Positions 14,773 through 27,700 of a DNA stretch of 64,000 nucleotides are shown here, one piece after another. Origin of the DNA: Anthoceros angustus (taxonomy: Eukaryota; Plantae; Anthocerotophyta). Where the stretch lies: positions 62,001 to 126,000 of the forward strand of contig VJWM01000196.1 of the NCBI GenBank assembly GCA_010909165.1, read 5' to 3'. A program made the position numbers and the translations under genes. The notes under the pieces are model-generated. The model was not told where the DNA came from, did no database searches, and saw nothing but the letters and a program-made list of their open reading frames with translations. How positions within the stretch are numbered: position 1 is the first letter of the stretch; every line of letters starts with the position of its first letter.

Positions 14773-16161
14773 ATGGTTGTGGCAAGGATCATGCCTGTGC
14801 TGCGGCCTCTCGGCATGACGCCGTCCCGATGCGCATCCCAGCCTCCCTTGCGCCGTCTTTCGAGGTGTTTACTGCCACCTGCGCTTCGACGTAGTAGCAT
14901 CAAGCTGCCGGTTTGGAGGGCTGTATCCCGATCGGCCAGGGCGTTCAGCAGGCATGTGGGAGCAGAGGAAGAGGTAGTTTTGCTTGGCATCGAGACCAGC
15001 TGCGATGACACGGGCGCTGCAGTGGTGACCATGGATGGCAGGATACTGGGAGAGTCCCTTGCGTCCCAGGCAGAGATGCTGGAGAAGTGGGGCGGTGTTG
15101 TACCGCACCTGGCCAAAGACTACCACGTAGAGGCCATCGACGGGGTGGTGGCCCAAGCTCTGTCCAACGCGGGACTGACGGAGGCGGATCTGGATGCAGT
15201 GGCGGTCACCATCGGGCCCGGCCTCAGCCCCTGCCTGGAGGTGGGCGTGAGCAAGGCCCGCAGCATTGCACGCGCCCACAGGCTGCCTCTGGTGGGCGTG
15301 CACCACATGGAGGCGCATGCTCTGGTGGTCAGGCTCACGGATCAGGACGTGCGCTTCCCCTTCATGGTGCTGCTGGTTTCCGGGGGCCACAATCTCATCT
15401 TGCTCGCGCAGGGCGTGGGCCGCTACATCCAGCTGGGCACCACTGTGGACGACGCCATCGGCGAGGCCTATGACAAGACAGCCCGCCTGCTGGGCCTGGA
15501 CATAAAGCGAGGGGGCGGGCCTGCTCTGGAGGAGCTAGCCCTGGAGGGCAATCCGCAGGCGTTGGCGCTCTCGGTGCCTATGCGCAACAACAGGAGCTGC
15601 AATTTCTCCTACGCCGGCCTGAAGAACCAGGTGCGGCTGGCCATCACCGCAAGGAGGATCAACACCGACGGCGTCCCTCTGCCGGAGGCCAGTCCGGACG
15701 AGCGCAGAGCCCGGGCCGACGTGGCTGCCTCTTTCCAGAGAGTTGCTGTGCTTCATCTGCAGGAGAAATGCCGCAGAGGGATTGAGTGGGGCAGGAGGTT
15801 GGAGCCTGACATCCAGTGCCTTGTGGTGTCTGGAGGGGTTGCCTCCAACAGGGTTGTGAGATCGAGTCTGGCTGAGCTTGCCCAAGAGCAGGGGCTGCGC
15901 CTTGTCTGTCCTCCTGCAAGGCTGTGTACAGACAACGGCGTTATGGTGGCCTGGGCCGGGGCAGAGCATTTCCGCATGGGCTTGTTTGAACCTCCGCCTC
16001 CCATCGATGAGGCAGATGACGTATTTCTGGACCTCAGGCCTCGGTGGCAGCTCGGAGAGATATACTCTGAGGGCATGAGTGATGCCCGTTCCATGAAAAG
16101 ACCCAGTCCTCATCCTTCCCTCACCTCGGTGGTCAGAACGTACATGGAGCAAAAGCTCTGA
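14773..16161 (+). CDS. GCP1: Organellar tRNA N6-adenosine threonylcarbamoyltransferase (TsaD/Qri7/OSGEPL1), intronless CDS
   Basis: LGIETSCDDTGAAVV, VTIGPGL, VHHMEAH, LLVSGGH, DDAIGEAYDK, FSYAGLK, GGVASN, CTDNGVMVAWAG. Confidence 0.95.
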   Translation: MVVARIMPVLRPLGMTPSRCASQPPLRRLSRCLLPPALRRSSIKLPVWRAVSRSARAFSRHVGAEEEVVLLGIETSCDDTGAAVVTMDGRILGESLASQAEMLEKWGGVVPHLAKDYHVEAIDGVVAQALSNAGLTEADLDAVAVTIGPGLSPCLEVGVSKARSIARAHRLPLVGVHHMEAHALVVRLTDQDVRFPFMVLLVSGGHNLILLAQGVGRYIQLGTTVDDAIGEAYDKTARLLGLDIKRGGGPALEELALEGNPQALALSVPMRNNRSCNFSYAGLKNQVRLAITARRINTDGVPLPEASPDERRARADVAASFQRVAVLHLQEKCRRGIEWGRRLEPDIQCLVVSGGVASNRVVRSSLAELAQEQGLRLVCPPARLCTDNGVMVAWAGAEHFRMGLFEPPPPIDEADDVFLDLRPRWQLGEIYSEGMSDARSMKRPSPHPSLTSVVRTYMEQKL

Positions 16162-16398
16162 AGTTCGCAATGTCGTCCCAAAAGTTGCAGCTCGTAGATA
16201 CGTATATCACACATACAAATGGAAAATGCCTGGCTTCAGCTCTTCCCTGCTGTCATTCTTGTGCATCTTGCAAAGACTGACCAGGGCCTCAAATTCTGTT
16301 TGGACTGTACAAATGCACAAGCTTATCAACACGGCATTGCCGCAACCGCCATTGCAGTGGGCAAAGCACACTTTCCAAGTCATAGCATGAAGACCAGC

Positions 16399-16821
16399 CT
16401 ACAGCTCAAACACGATACGTTTCTCACTCTTCTTTTTCGGCCTGCGATCCCATAACACACCCAGGCCATGACCAAACCCGTACCCGATTCCGACTCCGCA
16501 CCCCGCTCCGATCCCAAACACAACTTTAAGCGAATTCCAAGGCTGAGATCCTACTCCTAATCCTCCCGTGATGGCAAACCCTATCCCTGCTCCGCATCCG
16601 ACTCCCGCCCCTCCTCCAGGTCCAAAGTTCAGCTTCTTCCCCCTCTTGTTCCAGTCCTCTCTCCACACCCGCATCTTCGGGAGGCCACCCCGTTCCTTCT
16701 CTTTCTGCTCCCAAATGCTGGCCACAGAGGTCAAAAGATCAGAGCTAGCAGATGCATCCCCAGGAGTCCCCTTCGCCGCATCATCCGGCCCCGCCTGCCG
16801 TTGGAGGTTGAGAAAATTCAT
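16399..16821 (-). CDS. Glycine-rich membrane protein related to the TGD5 family (start uncertain)
   Basis: GPGGGAGVGCGAGIGF..GGLG..PWNSLKVVFGIGAGCGVGIGYGFGHGLG repeats and C-terminal KRIVFEL. Confidence 0.7.
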   Translation of the reverse strand: MNFLNLQRQAGPDDAAKGTPGDASASSDLLTSVASIWEQKEKERGGLPKMRVWREDWNKRGKKLNFGPGGGAGVGCGAGIGFAITGGLGVGSQPWNSLKVVFGIGAGCGVGIGYGFGHGLGVLWDRRPKKKSEKRIVFEL

Positions 16822-17239
16822 TTCTTGTGCTTCCAAGCCTTCCAGCGGCGCTAGCCGCCCCTGAGAATCAACTCCTCCTGATCCCAACACCGATCCTCAG
16901 AAACGCACGCAGATGCAAAACCGACGTGAGATGTCTGCGCAACATTTCCACGCTGTGGGTGCGATTACTGACAACTGAACAGCCAGCCCCTTGAACTGCA
17001 CGTATCCATATCTCCAGATATGCTCGCGTTTGGCTTGAGGATGACTCGGGCGGCCCCGGAGAGCGGAGCCTCTACGAAGGGGTCACAGTCCCGTTCACAG
17101 GACCCGCTCCACACACCTGTACCGGGTGACCCGATATGAAGTTTCCTTCCTCTCCCTCCTCCTCCTTTTTCTATCTCGATTCCTCCCGCCTCTCTTCTCT
17201 CTCTTCTGCTCGGTTTTCTCGTCCCTCCGCTCGATAGAT

Positions 17240-18226
17240 TTTTTTTTTAATTTGATATTTTGAAAATAAATCAAAACAACCCCGGGGGAGAAATCTTCAG
17301 CAAGGGTTCTGATTCCCCTATGTTACACATCGTATCATCCCAACAGGAGGAGACTTTACTCTTCCCGAGGTCATCTGAGTACGTGCCTAGATACCATCGC
17401 AGGTTATGTGGGACTTGGGAAGAACTCCCTCACCCACTAAAACTCCCCACCTTTACCTTTGCCCGAGAATAAGGGCTGCCATACATTGCTGCGTCGGCTT
17501 TAATAAAATCGCCATCTTGAACCTGTCCGTCCCAAACCACCTGTCTCCCCAACCCCTAACAGATCGTTGCCCTCACCCAAGAACGTGCACTCCCCAGGGA
17601 AGGTCTTCCGCATCCTTCCAATAGGACCTGCCCCACCAAGATGATGATTTCGAATTCATCCCAGGTCACCCTTAAGGGCGGCCCAGAAGGCGGGTAATAC
17701 CTCCGCCAGAAAAAGGGCCACCGGGACGAAACCCGAGGTGTCCCCTTTCTTCAAGGGGCAGGTCCAGCCAGAAAGCGCGGACCCTCTCACAGAACCCCCT
17801 AAGAGAACAACTACTTTCTCCTCACCCTTCCACTTTGAAAAACTAGGAACCTGTTGCACAGCTTTGCGAATGAGCTCTCCCATAATCCTCTGCCGCGCCG
17901 GGAGGACGTGGTTGCACTCAAGAAGAAGATGTGCTAAAGATTTCCCCCCCTGATCTGCATTGCAGAGAGGGCAATTCAAGGATGTGTTCGGAGGCACCAC
18001 CCCAAACCGAATAGCGGCATCTGCGATGAGAGCCCTGATTCTAGCAATGACATGAGAATGACGTGGAAGACATCGAGAAGCCTATGAGATAAACCGACGA
18101 GAAGCCGAGAAACCCCTTTGGACATACAAAGGCAAACCGATGGTACTACTATTTCGTTCGAGCTGGCTCCAGGCAGCACGACAAAACGGTTTAAGGTGTG
18201 ACTCAAGACCCTCAAACCTCAAACCT
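17240..18226 (-). mobile_element. 5'-truncated LINE (non-LTR retrotransposon) with poly(A) tail and 15-bp TSD
   Basis: TSD CTCCGCTCGATAGAT at 17225-17239 and 18227-18241; T-run 17239-17248; ORF 17656-18000 has CPLC..HLLLEC, the C-terminal CCHC motif of LINE ORF2. Confidence 0.88.
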
Positions 18227-20513
18227 CTCCGCTCGATAGATAAGAGGAACTGAAGTCGGATTTCAAGCCTTAGAAACGGTAACATGAGCTTTTCGAGTTT
18301 CACGAATGTTCATTCCTGGAAACGGAATAGTGGAGAACCATTTGAACTAGAATTGAGTGAACTGTTGTAGTCGCAAAGATGAAATTTTCAAATACAACAG
18401 TTCCGATGAGGCAAGTCAACCAAAATTGAAAACTTTCACAAAATTTCAAAAGATCTGATGAAGCCAAATTTCTGCGTATGTAACTTTGCTATTTCCTTGG
18501 TAAAGGGGATAGTTTGTGGACAGACATTCTGGGCGCCCGAGGTCCTCTGTCCACCTCGAGCGAAACAGATTAGTAGATTCCCTTTATCGTGAACGCTGCA
18601 ACAGACGAGGACATAACGTTGATCTGCTCTACCAGCCTCCGGTGATTCCAGAAATCCACCCATCTTTGATACCCAGATCTGCATTGCAAGCGCGCGAATC
18701 GGTTTGTCTTATATCCTTATCTTATCTAATCAAGAGCTAGTGAAGAGCAGAGTGGACGATCTTGATCTGCAGTCAAAGCGATCTGTTATCACCAGTAGGC
18801 AATCTATCAATCAAAGTATAAACGAGGTCGCTGACTATCTAAGGAAGATTGATCTCACCCGTAAACAAGGAGATTCGAATGCTTCTTCATCTAGTGGCGA
18901 CCCTCATCTCTGAGATCTTCCATTGCGTGAAGTTGGAGCCACCAGGCTCATGGATTGGGAGATGTGAAGCGCCGTTACTACAGTCAAGCAGCGACTATAA
19001 TCCTGCCACTTCATCCCACTTGGTTCGGTTTTGCTTTGGAACATGAGCATAAACCTCAGAACCGAAGATTCTAAAATGACTCGCGTTAGGTTTGACACCA
19101 GACCATGCCTCCTCCGAGGTCATTCGAGATATAGCCTTGGTGGGAACTCTATTCAAAACATAAGTTGTTGTAGCAACAGCCTCTCTCCAAAAGCGTACCT
19201 TCAACCCACTTTGATGGAGCATACACTTGGCCACTTCCACTAGGCTCCTTAGTTTGCACTCCGCTACCACATTTTGCTTCGGTGTGTGAGGAATTATTAG
19301 TTGCCTCCGAATGCCATGCTTCTTGCAAAAGCTTTTAAATTGAGAAGAGATGTATTCTCCTCCATTATTGTCACTCCTGAGGCCAAGTCTTGAGGCATTC
19401 TCCACTTTTGTTCTCCGCCAAGACCTTTCACTCCTTGAATGTCTTGAACACCTTGGACTTCTCCTTGAAGAGATATGTCTAACTCCTCCTTGTGAAGTCG
19501 TCCATAAACACTAGAATGTAGCAGGCTCCTCCATGATGGGTGGGTTCTTCATTGGTCCACATACATCGGTGTGTACAAGCTCCAACAGCTACTCGATGCG
19601 CTCTTATCCTTGGGAACTTGGTTCAGTGAAGCTTTCCCATCATGCACCCTTGGCATAATCGCGGCTCACTAATCTCCTTTAAATCCAAGTCGATCTCCCT
19701 TTGTTGATTCTTCATCATCTTGATATTGTCCACTCCACTATGCCTCAAGCGTTGATGCCATAAGTCTACTGACCAGTGCTTTCAGGCTAGCTTGACACAA
19801 ATGTGCAAGCTTGTTAATCACCTAAAGAAGTCCACAACTCTTAGAGATTGTCTTCCCGAACACCTCAAGCTATTACTTTAACATTAGGTGATTCCAGTTG
19901 CTCGGGGTTGGATGCGACATCCCCTCAAGTTGAATACAATCTCATTTCCAGGGTTAGTGATTCTTAAAGGAAGTATTTATGTTAGCCTCATGAGATTAGG
20001 TCAAGATATATACATATATCAAATAGTGTGTACATAGCTTAAGAGACTTACCTCTTCGCTAGGGTTATGTTGTTTCGTATAGTCACACCCGTTCACTACA
20101 AGTTAAGTTAGCTTTAGGTTTGTCTGAACATATATAGTAAGTTACTTCTTCTTGATATATAATGTAATTATTAATCTAATTGATTTGAATCTATCCATGT
20201 AAAATGTCATGGTATCAGAGCATCTCTGATGCAAATTGCATTCAAAAGAATGCACATTAAATAGTGCATAAAATTCTATGCATTACAATGTATCTTTTCC
20301 TTCTTCTTGATTAGAAATTAGATTTTTAATTAAGAAAAGAAAAGAACATCAAGAAATGAATCTTGTAGAAACTTTCTCGAAATTTTCTAGACAGACTAAC
20401 AAAATCTGAAGTCCGTTCTAGTGCATCTCTGGTCAGATTGCTATCAAGCAATTCTGACTGAGGTCCACTAGAACAACTGCCATATTTGGAACCTCTATCC
20501 CGATCAGAGACAC

Positions 20514-20996
20514 TTGAACTTCGCCCCTGATTTGCCCAGACAGCAACCTCCAGAAGCGCAACGGCAGCATGTTCCATTTGGTAACCCTAATCCAAGGGGA
20601 TTCCTGACTACACACGCTGCACCAAACACGGGGATCACACAGTTACTAATCAGGCTTGAAACCCACCAAAATCACATGGATAGAAATTGTTGCAACATCA
20701 CTCGCCAACTGATTGCATCAAACGTGGATGTTCAAGACCTGAAGGAACAGATCTCTCATCTCGACTTCAAACTGCTGGTCTTGATGAAACCTCATTTGTT
20801 TGCTAACCCATCCATTCGTGGAGTTGCATGCAGGCATACAGGAAAAACTAATAAGAGCCACAGATTTGATACACCAAACTCATGTCCATCCTGCGCCGTT
20901 TACGCATTCAATAGGTGGGAAAAGAGAAACATGCAAATAGAACGTAAGCAAGCACTAGCACAGCAGGAAATTACTAACCCTGCTGATTTGCTCTGA
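20514..20996 (+). CDS. Accessory 5' ORF of Copia B (N-terminally truncated), coiled-coil plus CPSC motif
   Basis: Protein-level similarity to the 5' ORF of Copia C (37150-37873). Confidence 0.6.
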   Translation: MNFAPDLPRQQPPEAQRQHVPFGNPNPRGFLTTHAAPNTGITQLLIRLETHQNHMDRNCCNITRQLIASNVDVQDLKEQISHLDFKLLVLMKPHLFANPSIRGVACRHTGKTNKSHRFDTPNSCPSCAVYAFNRWEKRNMQIERKQALAQQEITNPADLL

Positions 20997-22392
20997 TGCT
21001 AGCTTAGGTTTCCTTTCACTGTCGAGCATCAGTCCTTAGACATTATGTTGTGATTAACCTGAACAGCACAGGTTACAACTTCACGCATTAGTGTCCCTTC
21101 AACTCTGCAAACATGGGTGACGACGACACAATCAAAATACCTGATGGCCTACTCAAAACGTCACTCAACATCAGCATAGACATGTTTAAGGAAAAGGACA
21201 GGTTCGGGGGGGAGAACTATGACATCTGGGTGATGCGTATGAAGGGAGCTCTCCAGAATAAAGGACTCTGGGAGATAACAAACAGAGAAGATGAATTAGA
21301 AGCAGATACAGCTGATGTTACAGCACACAAGGCATGGACAGCTAAAAACAGTGCAGCCATGTATATGATAAGGGGTGGCTTAACTACTGAAATGTTGAGA
21401 CACACCGCCGGTGCTACATCCGCAGCTGATATCTGGTCTAGACTTCGTAACGGCCTCGACCGTTCTCGGCCGTGACGCCCCTCCGAGCGTCCGTTCCCTA
21501 ATACGTGAACTCTACTCCGGCGCAAACGCAACCAGCCAGATGACAACCCTCAGGAATCTTCAATTCTGTAAAATGCGAGATGGTGATTTAGTGGAAAAGC
21601 ATGTTGCTACATTCAGACATCTGGTTTCTAAGCTGGAAGCAGCTACACAAGAAAACGTCAAGGAGGATATGCTAGCAATCTACCTAATGCTTTCCTTACC
21701 AGATTCCTGGTCGAATTTTGTGACCTCGTATAATACATCACAGGCACAAACTCAGAAATTGGCAACTGCTGCCAAAATTAAACTACCTCCTGTGACTTTC
21801 TCTGAGTTAGTGGGATCATTGCTTCAGGAGGAAGCCACAAGAGGTGGCAGCAAACATGGGAAACAGCAAGCCCTCTACACCAACAACTATGGAAGAGGCG
21901 GCAAATCTTACTCTAAAGGGAGACATACCACACCTGGTGCTGGGAGTTCTAAAGGAGCTCCCTCACAGAAGAAACCCAAAATGACCGGAAATGCAACTGG
22001 TGCAAAATTCCCGGCCATTGGGAAAACGAGTGTCGAAAGAAGCTAGCCGGCATACCTCGCAAGGAGGGCAATTAATCTTTGAGACACACGTTGTGGTAAA
22101 GCGATCCTCCCTTCACCGGCGAGGGGTAAGGGAGTTTGCTCAACCTTTAGCCTTTCCCACATGCTTGTCTGCAAAGACAGGATCTAGGCCATTTCATGAA
22201 TGGTATCTAGACACAGGTGCAACACCGCACATATGTTTTGACAGAAATGTTTTTGTCACATATAAACCTGTACAGGACCAGTTCGTCTATCTAGGCGAAG
22301 ACAGAGCACTCGTGTCTCCAGCCAAAGGCACAGTGAGTCTCCCTGTACCTTCAGGGCTTAAGTTGTCTCTCACTAACGTCTACTTTGTACCT

Positions 22393-24548
22393 GAGATGAC
22401 GAGAAATCTCATCTCTGTTAGACAACTAAACATGGACAATGATAGTCATGTACTGTTCACCTCCACAGAGTGCCAGATCACAAAGTCTTGGCTTATGGCT
22501 CATCAGATCACGATCTCTTCCGTCTTCACTTGCACAGTCACCCTGTGCGGTCTCATGTTGTGCCACATACTTCAGATGAATCTACACATCAAGCAAACAA
22601 AGCAACATTGTGGCACAATAGGTTAGGTCACCCATATAGTGCTAAACTGCAAAAACTAGCAACTAGTGACTTATACTATGATGGCAAGATTGGCACTCTA
22701 CCTGTACTTCCCTTGTGTGAAGCTTGTGTACTCTCCAAGCGTCACCAAGCAGCTTTTAAAAACAAGGCCCCACACAGAGCTTCAGATGTACTAGAACTTG
22801 TGCATACTGATCTTTGTGGACCCTTGTCACAGCCCTCTCTTGGGGGTGGCAAGTACTTTCTGACTTTCACTGACGACAAAACAAGATTCGTCACAGCTTA
22901 TATTTTGAAGGCCAAAAGTGACTGTTTCTCCTTGTTCAAGTCTTATCTCAAGTATGTAGAAAGATGGACAGGTAAACAGCTGAAGACTCTCCACTCTGAC
23001 AATGGAGGTGAATTCACAAGCAACGAATTCCAGGCCTACTGTCAAGATGAGGGCATAGGATTTGCGTCATGCCTACACCCCAAAGAAAAGCGGGGTTGCG
23101 AGCGCTGAACCTTACTTTACGAGATGACGAAATCTCATCTCATTGACAACTAAACATGGACAATGATAGTCATGTCACTCTCACAGTGCCGGATCACAAA
23201 GTCTTGGCTTATGGCTCATCAGATCACGATCTCTTCCGTCTTCACTTGCACAGTCACCCTGTGCAGTCTCATGTTGTGCCACATACTTCAGATGAATCTA
23301 CACATCAAGCAAACAAAGCAACATTGTGGCACAATAGGTTAGGTCACCCATATAGTGCTAAACTGCAAAAACTAGCAACTAGTGACTTATACTATGATGG
23401 CAAGATTGGCACTCTACCTGTACTTCCCTTGTGTGAAGCTTGTGTACTCTCCAAGCGTCACCAAGCAGCCTTTAAAAACAAGGCCCCACACAGAGCTTCA
23501 GATGTACTAGAACTTGTGCATACTGATCTTTGTGGACCCTTGTCACAGCCCTCTCTTGGGGGTGGCAAGTACTTTCTGACTTTCACTGGCGACAAAACAA
23601 GATTAAATCACGACTTATATTTTGAAGGCCAAAAGTGACTGCTTTCTCCTTGTTCAAGTCTTATCTCAAGTATGTAGAAAGATGGGATGTAACATGAAGA
23701 CTCTCCACTCGACAATGGAGGTGAATTCACAAGCAACGAATTCGTGCCTCTTGTCAAGATGAGGGCATAGGATTTGCGTCATGCCTACACCCCAAAGAAA
23801 AAGCGGGGTTGCGAGCGCTGAACCTTACTTTACGAGATGACGAAATCTCATCTCATTGACAACTAAACATGGACAATGATAGTCATGTCACTCTCACAGT
23901 GCCGGATCACAAAGTCTTGGCTTATGGCTCATCGGATCACGATCTCTTCCGTCTTCACTTGCACAGTCACCCTGTGCAGTCTCATGTTGTGCCACATACT
24001 TCAGATGAATCTACACATCAAGCAAACAAAGCAACATTGTGGCACAATAGGTTAGGTCACCCATATAGTGCTAAACTGCAAAAACTAGCAACTAGTGACT
24101 TATACTATGATGGCAAGATTGGCACTCTACATGCCCTTGTGTGAAGCTTGTACTCTCCAAGCGTCCTGCGACCTTAAAAACAAGGCCCCACGAGCTTCGG
24201 ATGTACTAGAACTTGTGCATCTTGATCTTTGTGGACCCTTATCCTGACCCTCTCTCTTGGGGTGGCAAGTACTTTCGACTTTCAGCGACAAAACAAGATT
24301 AAATCACGACTTATATTTTGAAGGCCAAAAGTGACTGTTTCTCCTTGTTCAAGTCTTATCTCAAGTATGTAGAAAGATGGACAGGTAAACAGCTGAAGAC
24401 TCTCCACTCTGACAATGGAGGTGAATTCACAAGCAACGAATTCCAGGCCTATTGTCAAGATGAGGGCATAGGACGGCAGCTGACTGTCGTCTACACACCC
24501 CAGCAAAACGGGGTTGCAGAACGCCTGAACCTTACTTTACAGGAGATG
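22393..24548 (+). repeat. Triplication (~715-bp unit) of the pre-integrase/integrase N-terminal region inside Copia B
   Basis: Units start at 22393, 23121 and 23834 (GAGATGACG..); the peptide PDHKVLAYGSSDHDLFRLH appears three times. Confidence 0.9.
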
Positions 24549-26874
24549 GTCTCCTCCTTTCTTCACCAGGCTTCTTTGCCTCTGCCCTACTGGGCTGAAG
24601 CACTCATGACCGCCGTTTATTTGCGAAACAGATTACCTACCACTGCTATCGGGAGACACCTTTTGAGGCCTTCTTTGGCAGAAAACCCTCTATCCAGCAC
24701 CTTCGTACTTTTGGGTGTATTGCCTATGCTTTTATCCCCAAGGAAAGCGGAAGAAGCTATCTGCAAAGGCCAGAAAACTCCTTATGATAGGATAAACTGA
24801 GGGAATCAAAGCTTACAAATTGTATGATGTACCTCATCAAAAGGTTATCTATGCCCGTAGTGTCACTTTTGCTGAAGGACTTGTTTGGAAATCAGTGGGA
24901 GCTACTTCTCCTCTAGATGACACTGATGTGTCTGCACTTCCTGATGTCACCGTGTTTAATGACTCTACTCCTGTGGAGCTTGCTACTGCAGGGGGGGGAA
25001 GAACCACAAGATCAGTTAGATGAACTAGCAGAGGACGATGCTCTTGCTAATGATCTTGAGGAGCAGCAGCCGCAACCTCCACCCGATGAACGTCAACCAG
25101 AACCAGACCAACCTGTTCCAGATGTCATCTTGGATAGTGACAATGAAGACGAACCACCAGATGAGCAGCCTGAAATGCATGAACCACCTCCACCACTTGA
25201 ACGCAGATACCCTACAAGGGACAGACATGCACCTGATTACTACAAATCACATGACTTTAGATCAGGAGCAGCACAAGCTCATGCTACAAATCTGGAACCT
25301 ATCGAACCTCGTTCTTATGAAGAAGCTTTGAGTAGGCCAGATTCTGCAGAATAGAAAAAGGCCATTCAGTCTAAGTATGACAGTCTCATTAAAAACGGCA
25401 CTTGGGAGCTAGCACAACTACCTCGGACGCAAGATTGTTTCTTGCAAATGGGTCTTTAAGTTGAAGGTTAAAGCGGATGGCACCTTCGACAGGTATAAAG
25501 CTAGACTGGTTGCACGTGGTTTCTCCCAAGTACCAGGACTGGATTACCTGGAAACGTATGCTCCTGTAGTCAAGCTAGCCACATTCCGTATCCTATGCGC
25601 AGTGGCAGCACACAACGATTATGAACTTGATATGTTCGATGTTAAAACAGCCTTTTTACGGCAAATTGGACACAGAAATCTACATGCAGCAGCCAACTGG
25701 ATATGTAGTTAAAGGCAAGGAGGACTATGTCCTACGCCTGATCAAAACTCTGTATGGTCTGAAACAATCTGCATTGGAATGGAATGCTGTCCTTGATGAG
25801 GAACTGCGAGCTTTGAGTTTTGTAAAGTGTACCTCAGATGGTAGCCTCTATGTATACAGAACTGGTGACACAGTTTGTTACCTAGCTGTATATGTGGACG
25901 ACCTTATACTTGCTTGCAACAGTCCCCCATTTATAACAAAGATCAATGGCATGCTATCCAAGAAATTCAAGATGTCAAATCTCGGAGCTTTACAAAGCTG
26001 TCTAGGTATTCATATTCAACGAGATAGGAAACGCAGAATTCTCACTCTCACTCAACCTAGATACCTTCTTGATAGTGCAGACCAGCTTGGACTTAAGGCG
26101 CGAAACCTGCATCCACCCCTTTGCCAAGTGGACTCAAGCTTAGTAAATCTATGAGCCCACAGACACAGACAGAAAAGGACAAGATGGTTCCAGTACCTTA
26201 CCGACAGGGTGTTGGAAAACTCATATATGCTGCAAATACCACTCGCCCAGAAGTGGCTTATTCCACCAGTGTGCTATCACAGTACCTTGAAAATCCTGGC
26301 CAAGAACATTGGACATGTCTTAAAAGGGTTTTCCGGTACCTCAAAGGAACAGCACAGCGTGGAATTGTTTACAGATACATACCTGACGTAGCTATTGACA
26401 TTGATGTCTACAGTTGATTATCTTGGCGACATTGATGAGAAGATCGATCTCGTTACGTTGTCATGTTTCTTTGGAGGACCAATCTGGTCGGTAAAAGCAA
26501 CCTCGGTTGCTCTATCAAGCAAGTGTCTGAGTCCTCACAGTGCAAGGAGATAGCTTGGTGTAAGTTGTTATTCAGCGAGCTTGGACTTCCTCTGCCCACC
26601 TGCACAATGATTAGAACTGATAGTCAGGGCTCAATGAACTTAGCGGCGAAGCCCGTATTCCACTCATGCACGAAGCACGTTGAGGTGGAGTCTCACTTCA
26701 TTAGGGATCTTGTCAAAGGTGGACGGATCATGCTCGAATATGTGCCAACAACAAAAACCCAGCAGACATAATGACAAAAGCTCTGGGAAGAGAGCTGCAC
26801 GAAAGACATATGAGAGGTCTCGGGATGGGGAAGCCAAGTGACTTCCTCAATGTTTCCAACTAGCTACCTAGCCA

Positions 26875-27700
26875 CTAGTCACATCCCCAATCTACACTAT
26901 CTCCCTCTTCACTATCCACTGGCAGACTTGCGCGGCTTCCAAAGGTATCAGGCTCTGAAGAATCTGGGTCATGCTCTGAGACTGTTGTGAAAGTTTCATC
27001 AGACTTAGGGGAGTTTCTCTTCTTTCGCTCTGAATAAGAGATACGCTCTTTAGTCTCCAAGCTATGCTCATCTTCGAGTCTGGCCTCAGAACTTGCACAG
27101 CAAGTGGGAGCAATTAGGGAAGTGGAAGGAACAAACTGGGATGCTGACATATTATGGTGTGGTACTCACGGTAGTAGCTGACGACATGCCTCTCGAATTC
27201 ACGGCAGTGCTCAACCCTCACACGAACCATCCTGAGTCGGGTATACAGACACTTGTACCACAAAGGAGTGCATGGAATGGCGATGGAGCCAAGGCTCACA
27301 ATCTTTGTCTCATCATCAGTCTGTGTACGAAACTTAAGCGGCCTGACTCGGCGGTGGTCCATTCGCGTATTCAAACTCACACCTTTGGGCGAATCTTATC
27401 CGGCGTCTCTGGTGAACATGCGTTCCTCGGTGGCGATCTGCAAGGGATGCCATGCTAGAGGAACCGACATTCTTATGAGAGGACACTGTCCCCAGGCGCC
27501 TCTGCTCTAGAAAAGATTTAGTAGTCCCGCGAGGCCTTCCTCTTGGCCGCCCTCCACCTCTCGCAGCAGGAGCTGGCCAACATCTCTGCTTGTCTTTGGC
27601 CAGTGGAGGCGGTGTTCTAGCAGTCTTGACAAACACCTAAGCTATCGCGATGATACACACGGCACTTAGTAGGAGAGGAGCCGGACTCGAAGAGGCCATC
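26875..27700 (-). pseudogene. Antisense 3' accessory ORF of Copia B (frameshifted), AT-hook-like
   Basis: Consecutive minus-strand ORFs 27334-27636 (GRPRGRPRG), 27114-27380 (ETKIVSLGS..P.TP) and 26875-27150 (acidic/Ser-rich tail). Confidence 0.6.

Noticed and set aside
14869-16170. Long antisense and alternate-frame ORFs over GCP1 (also over mL53 and PRP4)
   Set aside because: Expected shadows of GC-rich coding sequence; no recognisable motifs.
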